Below, one piece after another: positions 16,958-25,524 of a DNA stretch of 31,982 nucleotides (the stretch's first letter is position 1; every line of letters starts with the position of its first letter). The notes beneath the pieces were generated by a model. The model searched no databases. It was given only the letters and a program-made list of their open reading frames with translations, and had not been told where the DNA came from. The stretch comes from a virus, in the IMG/VR virus record IMGVR_UViG_3300021513_000090; one strand, 5' to 3'. The position numbers and the translations under genes were made by a program.

Positions 16958-18043
16958 ATGAGCGCAAGTCAAGAAATAAAAAGGCTGATAACAGCATTTG
17001 ATTTTTATGAACACCCGACGAAGTCCGACCTGTTCAGAAAAAAAATCAATGTACAGGTCGAGGATGAGGGTTCGGGTAGGATGGAACGTATCGATGTGAC
17101 CGTGTACGCGGACTTTCGTAAGACCGACACAGGTCAGTTTTACTCTGATCCGGCTGTACCGAACGAAGACATCCCACTGATACAGGAGGTTAAGGACGCT
17201 ATTGCAAAGCTGCCTGGGAACGGTGATGGTGGTAGCGACAGCACGCCCCCAGAGCCTCCAGGAGAGACGAAGGCAAGTAGCACTGATACTGATACAGTTC
17301 CAAAGAGATCGAAGCAAGAGACGGCGGTTTCGACACGTCAGTCAAAAAAATCAATGGTCAATGGATTGGATACACCGGTCCCGGTGATCGGCATGACCAT
17401 GCGAGAAATGGGCTTTCATGTCGACATCGATTATTACCTATCGCCAGATGGATCACAGATTATGCTGGCGAAAGAAGGCATCACGAAACTCGCTGCTTTC
17501 GCCAGCCGGCTTCCTGATAACCCGATCGTGATATCAGATGATTATGAGGAGGTCGAGTTTGATCGAGACGAGAATGGACAGGTGCAAAAGATTCGGCTCA
17601 TGGGTACGGCGTGGATCGGATCAAAGGACAATCCGATCCGCGTGATAACCGATGAGATCGATTGGGACTGGTCTTCAGCGGTGACCCGTGCTGTTATCAA
17701 GAACGTGCAAAATGGTGAGCGTCTACGGAGGGATGCCGAACACAAGAAGTTTGGTCTGCCACAAAAAGACAAGATCGCTCTCGAAAACGCACTGACCCCT
17801 GATGAGGTCGAGTACAACACAAACGGTATGCTCGTGCCGAAGGAGGGTGTTCCCATGCACAAGATCATCCCGCTGATGTCCTACCTGGCAGACGTGCGTG
17901 AGTTCGCTCTCCGGACGTGTATCGGGAAGCTCAGGTCGAGGATGTGGTCTGAACTACTGGGTATCCGGTCGATATCCGCTAAAGAGGCTAAGATCATACA
18001 GGACAGTCAACCATCCCATGTCAACCACGACGATATGTTGTAG
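16958..18043 (+). CDS. Hypothetical protein, possibly single-strand annealing/recombination protein
   Basis: 361-aa ORF. LAKEGITKLA and FALRTCIGKLRSRMWSELLGI loosely recall Rad52/RecT-like proteins; function is weak inference. Confidence 0.55.
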   Translation: MSASQEIKRLITAFDFYEHPTKSDLFRKKINVQVEDEGSGRMERIDVTVYADFRKTDTGQFYSDPAVPNEDIPLIQEVKDAIAKLPGNGDGGSDSTPPEPPGETKASSTDTDTVPKRSKQETAVSTRQSKKSMVNGLDTPVPVIGMTMREMGFHVDIDYYLSPDGSQIMLAKEGITKLAAFASRLPDNPIVISDDYEEVEFDRDENGQVQKIRLMGTAWIGSKDNPIRVITDEIDWDWSSAVTRAVIKNVQNGERLRRDAEHKKFGLPQKDKIALENALTPDEVEYNTNGMLVPKEGVPMHKIIPLMSYLADVREFALRTCIGKLRSRMWSELLGIRSISAKEAKIIQDSQPSHVNHDDML

Positions 18044-18053
18044 AGGTGTGAAA

Positions 18054-18470
18054 GTGAATAAGAGAACCCCCCTGCTGATATTGGTAACAATATCACTGAT
18101 GCTATCCGGTTGTGTCGGTCCGGATGTGGAGAACGACACAGCAGGATTGACGCCTGCGAGCAGTGAAGTTGCCCCCACACCTACACCTACGCCTGCACAA
18201 ACACCGACACTGACGCCTACCCGATTAAACGAGACCGGTGATGACGTGTCCACCAACGACACCAATGATTCCAGTGAAACGTGGTCGGTCTGCGACCCCC
18301 GACATAACGAATCGTGGCTGTATGCGCATAAGTGTGGTATGTATGCACATGGCGGCGGTGGTGGTGGGAATCATTTTCCACCCCCACCCGTGCCTGAAAT
18401 GCCGAGTATTTACATGGTCGTGATCGGGTTATTCGGGTTAAAGGCGCTCCAGTGGTACAAGAGGCGGTGA
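18054..18470 (+). CDS. Surface lipoprotein with PT-rich linker and PEF-CTERM-like tail
   Basis: GAGGTG RBS, GTG start; lipobox LSGC; TPTPTP linker; VPEMPS + hydrophobic helix + KRR. Confidence 0.7.
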   Translation: MNKRTPLLILVTISLMLSGCVGPDVENDTAGLTPASSEVAPTPTPTPAQTPTLTPTRLNETGDDVSTNDTNDSSETWSVCDPRHNESWLYAHKCGMYAHGGGGGGNHFPPPPVPEMPSIYMVVIGLFGLKALQWYKRR

Positions 18471-18484
18471 CGTGGAGTGATACG

Positions 18485-18673
18485 ATGATCCCATATAATA
18501 TCGTATATGGCGTCGTTTCAGCCGCTATGAGCCTCTTCCTGCTTTTCGTAGCGTGGGAAGGGGCGCATACACACAAAAACGATCAGATCGCGATCATCGC
18601 GGCGGTGATCGTGGCAGTGTTCGGCGTGGTGTTTGGGTTGATGGCGCTAAATTGGATATACACTGGTTTATAG
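18485..18673 (+). CDS. Small two-TM membrane protein
   Basis: GGAG RBS; two hydrophobic segments. Confidence 0.6.
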   Translation: MIPYNIVYGVVSAAMSLFLLFVAWEGAHTHKNDQIAIIAAVIVAVFGVVFGLMALNWIYTGL

Positions 18674-18684
18674 GAGGAAGTCAC

Positions 18685-18870
18685 ATGATAATCGACTTGA
18701 TACTCGGTCTCGCTGAAACCATCATGTGTATTGCTTTCCTTGTGATCGCCTGTAAGATGTGGGAAGAAAGAGAATACGACATCCTAACAAGAATCATCCT
18801 AACCGCGTATCCAGTGATGATCGCGGTGTTACTGGCGCTGCTGGCGCTTAAGCGGATAAGTTGTTTATAG
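18685..18870 (+). CDS. Small two-TM membrane protein
   Basis: AGGAGG RBS before ATG 18685; two hydrophobic segments. Confidence 0.6.
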   Translation: MIIDLILGLAETIMCIAFLVIACKMWEEREYDILTRIILTAYPVMIAVLLALLALKRISCL

Positions 18871-18881
18871 GGGTGAAAGAT

Positions 18882-19070
18882 GTGATACAACCAAGAAAGA
18901 TAGAAAGACAGGATTTCAAAGACGATTTGCGGTTCATTGTCCGCAAATTGCGTGATATGCGAGCAGATTCAGAATTATTTGATTTTAACGCTCATGATAA
19001 TCTGATTGCTGCACAGGTAAGCCTTTCCAATCTGTTGAAACGGATGAATGACGAAGACGAGGTGGAATAA
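18882..19070 (+). CDS. Hypothetical protein
   Basis: GGGGTG RBS, GTG start, in operon. Confidence 0.5.
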   Translation: MIQPRKIERQDFKDDLRFIVRKLRDMRADSELFDFNAHDNLIAAQVSLSNLLKRMNDEDEVE

Positions 19071-19072
19071 CC

Positions 19073-19234
19073 ATGAAAATAGCCGTAACCGTTAATCTCG
19101 GCAACTACGAGAACATACGCGTGGAATCATCGGAATATGATGACGCTGATACGTGTATCGACGAGATCAGAGAGGCTCTCGTGAAGATACGTGAGCCGAG
19201 AGTCGATGACTTTATAAGGCGCGTATTTAAATAG
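19073..19234 (+). CDS. Small hypothetical viral protein (not in ORF track)
   Basis: GAGGTGG RBS; MKIAVTVNLGNYENIRVESSEYDD...RRVFK*, 53 aa. Confidence 0.65.
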   Translation: MKIAVTVNLGNYENIRVESSEYDDADTCIDEIREALVKIREPRVDDFIRRVFK

Positions 19235-19334
19235 AACATGGAATAGAATATGCGACACCCCCACCACCCGCAATCGGTTTCTTGGTACAGCTATTTCTGC
19301 CCCAGGGGAGGGCGGTCAGTGGTGGGGGTCTAAC

Positions 19335-19409
19335 AGCGGGGTAGGGCAGCCAGGTTTCCCCGTCGGGCTCATAACTCGAAGATCGATGGTTCAAATCCAT
19401 CCCCCGCTA
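19335..19409 (+). tRNA. tRNA-Met(CAT), initiator type
   Basis: Acceptor AGCGGGG/CCCCGCT with A1-U72; anticodon arm TCGGG-CTCATAA-CTCGA; T arm GATGG-TTCAAAT-CCATC; no encoded CCA. Confidence 0.92.
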
Positions 19410-19432
19410 TACCTACCAACGGAGATACGCAC

Positions 19433-19639
19433 ATGGTAAAAACAATCGTTGAAATAGACCTGCCTGAACCAGGCAGTGCACAGGAACTGTACCGGAGCAC
19501 CGACCCCCCGATGGTCATAGTGCTCCGTGATAACGGCGACGTCGTCTTAACTCGGTACAGCGATAGAAAAGATGCCGAACGGCTCAGTCCGGTAGAACGT
19601 CGCTCAAAAAAGATACTCTGGATGAAAAAAATAAAGTAG
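19433..19639 (+). CDS. Hypothetical protein
   Basis: GGAG RBS, 68 aa, last gene of the + strand block. Confidence 0.5.
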   Translation: MVKTIVEIDLPEPGSAQELYRSTDPPMVIVLRDNGDVVLTRYSDRKDAERLSPVERRSKKILWMKKIK

Positions 19640-19672
19640 GTTTCCCGCTAAAAAAAATACATCGCCCCGCGA

Positions 19673-19810
19673 TCATTCACGGGGTGATTGGTTCTTTTCC
19701 ATGTCATCCATGTACGATTCGAGTAACCTGTTCATCAGCTCGGGTAGATTTTCATCGATGCCGAGTAGAACGGCTCGTCTGTAGTTGCGCAGTTTTATGT
19801 AGACATTCAT
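19673..19810 (-). CDS. Small RHH/antitoxin-like protein (not in ORF track)
   Basis: ATGA-coupled to the MCM stop; MNVYIKLRNYRRAVLLGIDENLPELMNRLLESYMDDM..., 45 aa. Confidence 0.45.
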   Translation of the reverse strand: MNVYIKLRNYRRAVLLGIDENLPELMNRLLESYMDDMEKNQSPRE

Positions 19811-20784
19811 GCTGTTTCCTCCTGTATGATCTTCTCAAGTAGTTTCATCTTCCCACCGTTTAGATCCGGGTGACGTATCTTTATCGCCCGCAACATGTCT
19901 TCGGGTATTGCATCCCTGTGGTGCATTTTAGCTAGCGTCGTTGCGATCCGTATCATGCTTTCTTCTTCTCTGATGCTTGCATCTGATTCGGTGAGCACCA
20001 GATACATTTCCATCAGTTTCATCCAGATATCTCGGACACTGTTGCTGATCCCGGGCTCGAATCTCTGTATCCAGTGCAGATAGTTTTTAAGGTTGATCCC
20101 GTCGTATCCCTCTTTTTCTCTGAACCAGTACTTGATCCGAGATCGCATGATTTTACGCTTGAATTCCAGTTCTGGTTTATGTACCTCGATCTTAAAATCG
20201 AACCGATCCATCAGTTCACGGGATAGTTTTCTTGTGTCGTTCGCACATGCCAGGCATCGAACTTTCGCATCGATGACTGTGTGTGTTTTACCGACATCGA
20301 TATGGATTCGACCCTCTTCAAGGGCTTCGAGTAGTCCCTGTAGTGACTTCTGGTCAAACTTCTCTATCTCATCGATGCAGATGATGCCGTTGTTTGCTCT
20401 AGGCAGTGCACCGAGTGTGACCTCATTACCTGATGCATCTGCAGTCAAACCAACCTGTGAACTTCTCATGGATGCCCCTATCGCACCGAGTTTAAAGACC
20501 GCCCAGTCCAGGATAAGTGTCTTCGCGGTACCGGGATCACCGTGAAGTAATAAGTGCAACCGCCCCCTGTCACCAAACTTATCGTTGTGTGATGCAAGGC
20601 ACAGTGCAGTCGCTCGCTTCTCCTCCTCCATCCCAACTACCTTTGGGTTAATGCGTGATGCCCAATAATCAAGCATATCTTCAGATTTAGCAAGCGCTGC
20701 GAACTTCTCATCAAGTTCATCACTGTTGTGGAAGTTCAAATCGTCGTCTATGAACTTTTCAAGTGTTTTGTCAGCTTCCGCCAT
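19807..20784 (-). CDS. mcm: MCM-family AAA+ ATPase, core only (no N-terminal domain)
   Basis: HLLLHGDPGTAKT, GLTA, GALPRANNGIICIDEIEK, ACAN, LMDRFD, SIRE. Confidence 0.85.
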   Translation of the reverse strand: MAEADKTLEKFIDDDLNFHNSDELDEKFAALAKSEDMLDYWASRINPKVVGMEEEKRATALCLASHNDKFGDRGRLHLLLHGDPGTAKTLILDWAVFKLGAIGASMRSSQVGLTADASGNEVTLGALPRANNGIICIDEIEKFDQKSLQGLLEALEEGRIHIDVGKTHTVIDAKVRCLACANDTRKLSRELMDRFDFKIEVHKPELEFKRKIMRSRIKYWFREKEGYDGINLKNYLHWIQRFEPGISNSVRDIWMKLMEMYLVLTESDASIREEESMIRIATTLAKMHHRDAIPEDMLRAIKIRHPDLNGGKMKLLEKIIQEETA

Positions 20785-21459
20785 TCAATCCACCTCTGTG
20801 TCCATGTTGCGTATCGATGCTAGCAGAGCCTCGCCATCATCCTCAACAGGACTGCTGTATGCATGTCTCTGAAGTTCGTTGATAGCCGTTCTCATGTCAC
20901 CATCACAGTTCCTTGCGATTTCTTCTATCTCGCCGTTCAGTGATAACCCTTCCTGCTCTGCTATGTACTCAAGTCTTTCCTGGATCGCGTCTTTATCGAT
21001 TGGTTGGAACTCGAATACGACACATCGTGACCTGATCGGTTTGATGAATATGTCCTGGTTCGCCGATAGGATGAATCGAGTCGATCCCCGATTCTCAAGT
21101 GGTTTCCGCAACATGTTTTGCGCTTGTGGTGTGAGCCCATCCGATTCATCCAGAAATATCACCCTGATCGGTGTGAACATCGGCTGGTGGAGTGAACTTT
21201 TGATCACGTCACGTATCGTGTCGACGCCTCTTTCGTTCGATGCATTGTACTCTACAAAATTCATCTCGAAGAACTCTTTGAGTAGTTCCTGTCCGATCAA
21301 GTATGCCACCGTTGTCTTACCGGTTCCGGGCTCGCCGATCATCCGGATGTTTGGTATGTCGCCATCGCGATCCAACATCCCTTTGATCGTGCCCACAATC
21401 TCATCCTGTCCTATGACCTCATCGAATGTATGTGGTCTGTACTTTTCAGTCCAGTTCAT
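20785..21459 (-). CDS. rfcS: Replication factor C small subunit, C-terminally short
   Basis: WTEKYRP, GEPGTGKTT, NASNERG, LDESD, SRC, GDMRTAINELQ; ends about 27 aa after the lid motif. Confidence 0.88.
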   Translation of the reverse strand: MNWTEKYRPHTFDEVIGQDEIVGTIKGMLDRDGDIPNIRMIGEPGTGKTTVAYLIGQELLKEFFEMNFVEYNASNERGVDTIRDVIKSSLHQPMFTPIRVIFLDESDGLTPQAQNMLRKPLENRGSTRFILSANQDIFIKPIRSRCVVFEFQPIDKDAIQERLEYIAEQEGLSLNGEIEEIARNCDGDMRTAINELQRHAYSSPVEDDGEALLASIRNMDTEVD

Positions 21460-21496
21460 TGACCTTCGCCACCTGTTCTGTTATACTGTATTCCAT
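21446..21496 (-). other. 16-codon upstream ORF overlapping the rfcS start
   Basis: GAGGTCGT RBS then MEYSITEQVAKVNELD*; its stop lies 14 nt inside rfcS. Confidence 0.45.
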
Positions 21497-21533
21497 AATT
21501 TTACGACCTCTTGTGTCTTTTGTAACTGATTAG

Positions 21534-22862
21534 TTACTGTAATAACTCTTTTACGGTTTTCAATTCGATATTGATACCGTATTTAGATTTGGCGTCTTCC
21601 GCCTTCTTTATCGCTCCTGATGTGAAACCGAATGCTATGATTATGCCTCCCATCCGGTTGTCGTCCTGGATCACTGTCTGAAATTCCCTTACGACCTTCA
21701 CACCCACGCGGTCACTACGTTTAACCTGTATCGGGTCACCAACAATCGTCCACCCGTCTATACCGCCATCGGCGGATAGTTTTCGATTCATCCTACCCTG
21801 AACTGCCTTGACCGCCCACGCCTGGAACAGTGCCGGTTTTATATCCCGTAACTTCGCTTCGGTCATCAACTCCACTTCATCGATGATCTCTGGTCTGCTG
21901 CCCAATTTATCCAGTCGCTGTTGCATCACCACACAGGCAGGCATTTCTGCATCGATACCAATCCATCGCCTGCCGAGTCGTTGTGCAACCGCAAGGGCAG
22001 TGCCGCATCCACAGAACGGATCAAGGATTAGATCACCCGGCTTGCTGCTGGCTTTTATTATGCGCTCCAACAGGGCTTCTGGCTTCTGTGTGGGGTATCC
22101 CAGGCGCTCTCTTGATGTTGATGCCATTGTTGGAATATCCCAAACGTCGGTTTCTGGCGCACCCTTCTCATTAACGTAACTTTTACCATAATATACCGTT
22201 CCGTCTCTCCGTTTTCGTTTTATGAGGGCATACTGTCCTTTTTCATCACGTTTGTTGTACCTCTTCATCTCGGTATCTTTGTATGGTCTGTAGATCGGAT
22301 TGAACGTGTATTTTGATGATTTACTGTATAATAATATTGTATCGTGTTTACGCGGCAGTCCACTTTTCCTAACAGTTGCCCTAGCTCCATAATGCCATAT
22401 TATCTCATTCCTAAAGTTCCCGTATCCAAATATCTCATCCATCGCCACCTTTACATAATGAACCGCGTGCCAGTCCAGATGCACGTAGATACTGCCGGTT
22501 GGTTTGAGCACCCGGTAACATTCTTCCAGTCGAACCTTGAGCCATCCAACATAAGCCTCGATGTCGTTCATCCGAACATCTCTTGCCTTATGCACAGATT
22601 CGCCGCAATGCGGGCAAAAGAGATATCCCTCCATGAAGTCTTTCCCGCACTCTGGATTCCCACAAACCTTCTTGTAGAATTTGGTGTCCTCGAATGACCG
22701 TATGGTGTTTTTGTTATCGCCGTCCCATATCAGATCATAGTTTTTCCCTGAAAAGAATGGTGGATCAAGGTAGATCAGATCGACCGATTCATCAGGGATG
22801 TACTGCCGCATCTTATCCCGGCAGTCGCCACAGATTATCGAATTCGTTATCAACGCTTGCAT
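21534..22862 (-). CDS. N4C/N6A DNA methyltransferase (beta class) with inserted Zn ribbon and C-terminal Mrr-like nuclease domain
   Basis: LIYLDPPF, YPTQKPEALLERII, ILDPFCGCGT; inserted CGNPEC...CPHC; C-terminal DGGIDG...IQVKR. Confidence 0.88.
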   Translation of the reverse strand: MQALITNSIICGDCRDKMRQYIPDESVDLIYLDPPFFSGKNYDLIWDGDNKNTIRSFEDTKFYKKVCGNPECGKDFMEGYLFCPHCGESVHKARDVRMNDIEAYVGWLKVRLEECYRVLKPTGSIYVHLDWHAVHYVKVAMDEIFGYGNFRNEIIWHYGARATVRKSGLPRKHDTILLYSKSSKYTFNPIYRPYKDTEMKRYNKRDEKGQYALIKRKRRDGTVYYGKSYVNEKGAPETDVWDIPTMASTSRERLGYPTQKPEALLERIIKASSKPGDLILDPFCGCGTALAVAQRLGRRWIGIDAEMPACVVMQQRLDKLGSRPEIIDEVELMTEAKLRDIKPALFQAWAVKAVQGRMNRKLSADGGIDGWTIVGDPIQVKRSDRVGVKVVREFQTVIQDDNRMGGIIIAFGFTSGAIKKAEDAKSKYGINIELKTVKELLQ

Positions 22863-22933
22863 AGTTTTGTGACCTCTTTTAGTTCTTTACCCCCGTTAGC
22901 ACGTAACTAATGGGGTTTGTAAAAAATAAAGAG
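22863..22933 (-). promoter_or_regulatory. Leader hairpin, divergent copy, upstream of methyltransferase
   Basis: TTTTAC-AAA-CCCCATTAG loop CTAACGGGG-GTAAAG followed by GAGGTC RBS. Confidence 0.7.
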
Positions 22934-22943
22934 TATCGGGGGT

Positions 22944-23267
22944 TCATTCATCGTCCTCGATAGTCTTCCTGTACACTTCTTTCGCCTTCTCGAATGCCTC
23001 TTCAATCTCGATCATTCCCATGTTCTCGGATTCCAACATATCCTGCAGGAATGCGATCTTAAGCGACATTTGGCTCTTGTAGGTATCCGGTGTCCTGTGC
23101 ACCACAGCCGGGTGTATCTCATACCCACCCGATAGAAAACCTCTCACAAACTCATCGGTGTTTCTACCTTCAAGTGCGTCTGTGATCAGTTTAATATCGT
23201 CTGTGGGTAGTTTTATCATAAGTTCCCGTGCCCGCTGGTAAACTGTATCGTGTTCCATTGTTATCAC
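22944..23267 (-). CDS. Hypothetical protein
   Basis: Coupled to the upstream gene (GTGA overlap). Confidence 0.6.
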   Translation of the reverse strand: MITMEHDTVYQRARELMIKLPTDDIKLITDALEGRNTDEFVRGFLSGGYEIHPAVVHRTPDTYKSQMSLKIAFLQDMLESENMGMIEIEEAFEKAKEVYRKTIEDDE

Positions 23268-23653
23268 AGATGTCCTGCGGCATATCTCACCGCCACTGAT
23301 ACGACCATTGACCAGTCATCCAGTCCGCTCTCAACCCCTTTTTTGACTGCGTGCATCTCCTCTGGGGTCAGTTCCCTGTTGAGTATATCTTTCGCTATGA
23401 TTTGTGCGTCTTCTTCGGTGATGATGAACAGTGGTTCAGCCTTCCCATCCCAATCGCCCACCTGTGCTCGGTATACAGCCATGAAAGCGGCTTTTTCAGG
23501 GAGTCCATTGACCACATTCTTGATAAACTCTCTCTGCTCCGCCGTGAGCCTGTTCAGGATGTCAGCCGATTGCTTATAATCATCCCCTATCTTATCCATC
23601 GTCTTTACGTCCTCTGCATTGCGCAGTTCTCCGATGTTTAATTCCTGGTTCAT
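23264..23653 (-). CDS. Hypothetical protein (MNQEL-type N-terminus)
   Basis: Directly after a leader repeat; N-terminus shared with 24802..25224. Confidence 0.7.
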   Translation of the reverse strand: MNQELNIGELRNAEDVKTMDKIGDDYKQSADILNRLTAEQREFIKNVVNGLPEKAAFMAVYRAQVGDWDGKAEPLFIITEEDAQIIAKDILNRELTPEEMHAVKKGVESGLDDWSMVVSVAVRYAAGHL

Positions 23654-23729
23654 GTTTACGACCTCTTTATGGTTTCACCCCTGCGATACGGTTTTAGCCG
23701 CTCACAGGGTTTATGAAAAAATAAAGAAA
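23651..23729 (-). repeat. 79-bp dispersed leader repeat, copy 1
   Basis: Identical to 27641-27719 and 1 mismatch to 25222-25300. Confidence 0.95.
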
Positions 23730-23743
23730 TTATGAGATTTTAA

Positions 23744-24124
23744 CTAAAACCACTTTAGTTTAGCAGCCTCCATAGCATGTTTCGCAACATGTAGGGTGAT
23801 CTCACCATCTGGCGAACTTCCGTTCGTTGTATACTCTTTCCATATCTCTGCTGCGATCATGTGCCGCGTTGCAGTTGGAAGACTGTCGAACTGCATCCAT
23901 CTCATCCCTTCACCACTGTAATGGCGAATACCTCCTATATCTTTGCCCCATAGGTAATCAGCCAGTTGCAGTTTTGTAAACACCGCCCCAACATGGTATC
24001 TCTCCGAGTTGCCGAGTTTCGCATACAAATAATTCACCAGTGCGGTTTTACTGCTGGCGGATATTCTGTGAAACGTTTCTTCACCGGTTTTTTTCGATAC
24101 CAGTTGATATGCGAACATGGTCAT
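23744..24124 (-). CDS. Hypothetical protein
   Basis: AGGAG RBS, 126 aa. Confidence 0.6.
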   Translation of the reverse strand: MTMFAYQLVSKKTGEETFHRISASSKTALVNYLYAKLGNSERYHVGAVFTKLQLADYLWGKDIGGIRHYSGEGMRWMQFDSLPTATRHMIAAEIWKEYTTNGSSPDGEITLHVAKHAMEAAKLKWF

Positions 24125-24163
24125 ATCTCCTTCGCCTCGTTTTCTCTGGTGGGTTGTCCCGAT

Positions 24164-24673
24164 TCATTCGGTCTCATCATCCTCCCCTGTCTCATCATAG
24201 AACCCATTGATAGCCTCGTCGACCGCCGCCGCAACCTTATCGATCGCTGGTGTGGTCATGTCGTCCAGATACTCCAGTGCACACCCCATAGAACAGAACG
24301 TGTTTACAACCCCTGTTTTTGTGCCTGTCCACATCCGGATCGCATCAGTGTAGATGATTCCGCCACACCACACACATCGCGGCATTAGATCGACCTGTAC
24401 CGCCGCCCATACCCGTAACCCATGTGCATCCATTGGATGGTATTCTGTCGCGTTACCCACTGCCATAGTGATGTTCACGTCCTTCCTGTCGCGTTGCCAT
24501 AGGTTACGTATCAGTATCGCTGTCTCTACTGCAGCCTGTGGGTCAATCCAAAGATCGCCCTCGCCTTTATACTCTGGTTGTAGCATATCGCCGTTTATTA
24601 CGTCCTTCTCATTAGTAATCTCAACGATATGGCTCGCATCCATCCGTGCCTGCCTTGTTATGTAGTATCCCAT
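24164..24673 (-). CDS. Hypothetical protein with CxxC...FCSxxC zinc finger
   Basis: GAGGT RBS; RCVWCGG...TFCSMGC. Confidence 0.65.
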   Translation of the reverse strand: MGYYITRQARMDASHIVEITNEKDVINGDMLQPEYKGEGDLWIDPQAAVETAILIRNLWQRDRKDVNITMAVGNATEYHPMDAHGLRVWAAVQVDLMPRCVWCGGIIYTDAIRMWTGTKTGVVNTFCSMGCALEYLDDMTTPAIDKVAAAVDEAINGFYDETGEDDETE

Positions 24674-24704
24674 AATATTACCTCATAAATAAATGGATAG
24701 AGTG

Positions 24705-24797
24705 TTAAACACCCATCCAAAGTTCTTTCGATATCTCTTTACCGTCTATGGTGATTCTCTGTGTGTCCGGGTTATCTAACTCATTCATCCGGTTCAT
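24705..24797 (-). pseudogene. 30-codon ORF equal to the C-terminal fragment of 26493..27011
   Basis: DNPDTQRITIDGKEISKELWMGV* versus GNTDTQKITIDGKEIPTELWRGV*. Confidence 0.75.
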
Positions 24798-24801
24798 CTC
24801 A

Positions 24802-25224
24802 TCACTTCTCTCTGTACTCGATCAACGCCGCGTTGAAATCGTCGAGATACATATCCAGTAAGTCGAGTTCCTCCGCCCTGTCAAGTGCCGCCACACACTG
24901 GATGAAGATCATCCGATCTTTAGGGTTATCAAATTTATCCAGTGACCGGCTGTAGAAGTCCTTAACCGCCTCTACCCGCGGCTGTGGTGCAACCCAACTT
25001 GCCATCTCACCGCGTGCCTTGATACTTTCCATGAGATTTACAAACTCACGGTTAAAGTAATCAAGTGAACATCCGTTAACGACCATCTCAACGCGTGCGA
25101 TATGGTTCACTATCACCCTGCGGGTGTATTGTAGTTCTTTCAGATACCCTTCTATCGTATCGAACGGTTTCTGCCTTACGTCCTCCGCCTTGAACAGTGC
25201 TTTAATGCTTAATTCCTGGTTCAT
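24802..25224 (-). CDS. Hypothetical protein (MNQEL-type N-terminus)
   Basis: Directly after leader repeat copy 2. Confidence 0.7.
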   Translation of the reverse strand: MNQELSIKALFKAEDVRQKPFDTIEGYLKELQYTRRVIVNHIARVEMVVNGCSLDYFNREFVNLMESIKARGEMASWVAPQPRVEAVKDFYSRSLDKFDNPKDRMIFIQCVAALDRAEELDLLDMYLDDFNAALIEYREK

Positions 25225-25300
25225 GTTTACGACCTCTTTATGATTTCACCCCTGCGATACGGTTTTAGCCGCTCACAGGGTTTATGAAAAAATAAAGAAA
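25222..25300 (-). repeat. 79-bp dispersed leader repeat, copy 2
   Basis: One substitution relative to copies 1 and 3. Confidence 0.95.
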
Positions 25301-25486
25301 TCAGAGAACGTCCTTGACTAACTCCCTGAATTTCTCTGTTGGTATACTGAAAGACCTTGATACCACTGTTTTATCATTTACTTCTGTCTCTATCTCGATA
25401 AAGACATAATCGCCCGCCTGGTTCTTAAACACGTTAATCGTGTTCATCACAACACCGGTTTCTCCTCTGCTGTATGTTCCTGTCAT
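25301..25486 (-). CDS. Small hypothetical protein
   Basis: GAGGT RBS; has a deleted paralog at 27684..27803. Confidence 0.65.
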   Translation of the reverse strand: MTGTYSRGETGVVMNTINVFKNQAGDYVFIEIETEVNDKTVVSRSFSIPTEKFRELVKDVL

Positions 25487-25524
25487 TGTTTACCTCATTG
25501 AATAAAGAAATTATGAGAGGGTTC

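Noticed and set aside
17898-18053. N-terminal extension of the lipoprotein ORF given in the track
   Set aside because: Overlaps the previous gene; the RBS and signal peptide support GTG 18054
19335-19409. tRNA as the integration site
   Set aside because: No duplicated tRNA 3' fragment found in the window, element-like genes on both sides, and integrase 11 kb away; cannot be fully excluded
19807-21459. Frameshifted full-length RFC or MCM
   Set aside because: The two ORFs abut (TGA then ATG) and leave no room for the missing domains in any frame
23651-23729. Canonical bulge-helix-bulge splice motif in the leader hairpin
   Set aside because: Only one conserved 3-nt bulge; no second bulge on the opposite strand at 4-bp distance in all copies
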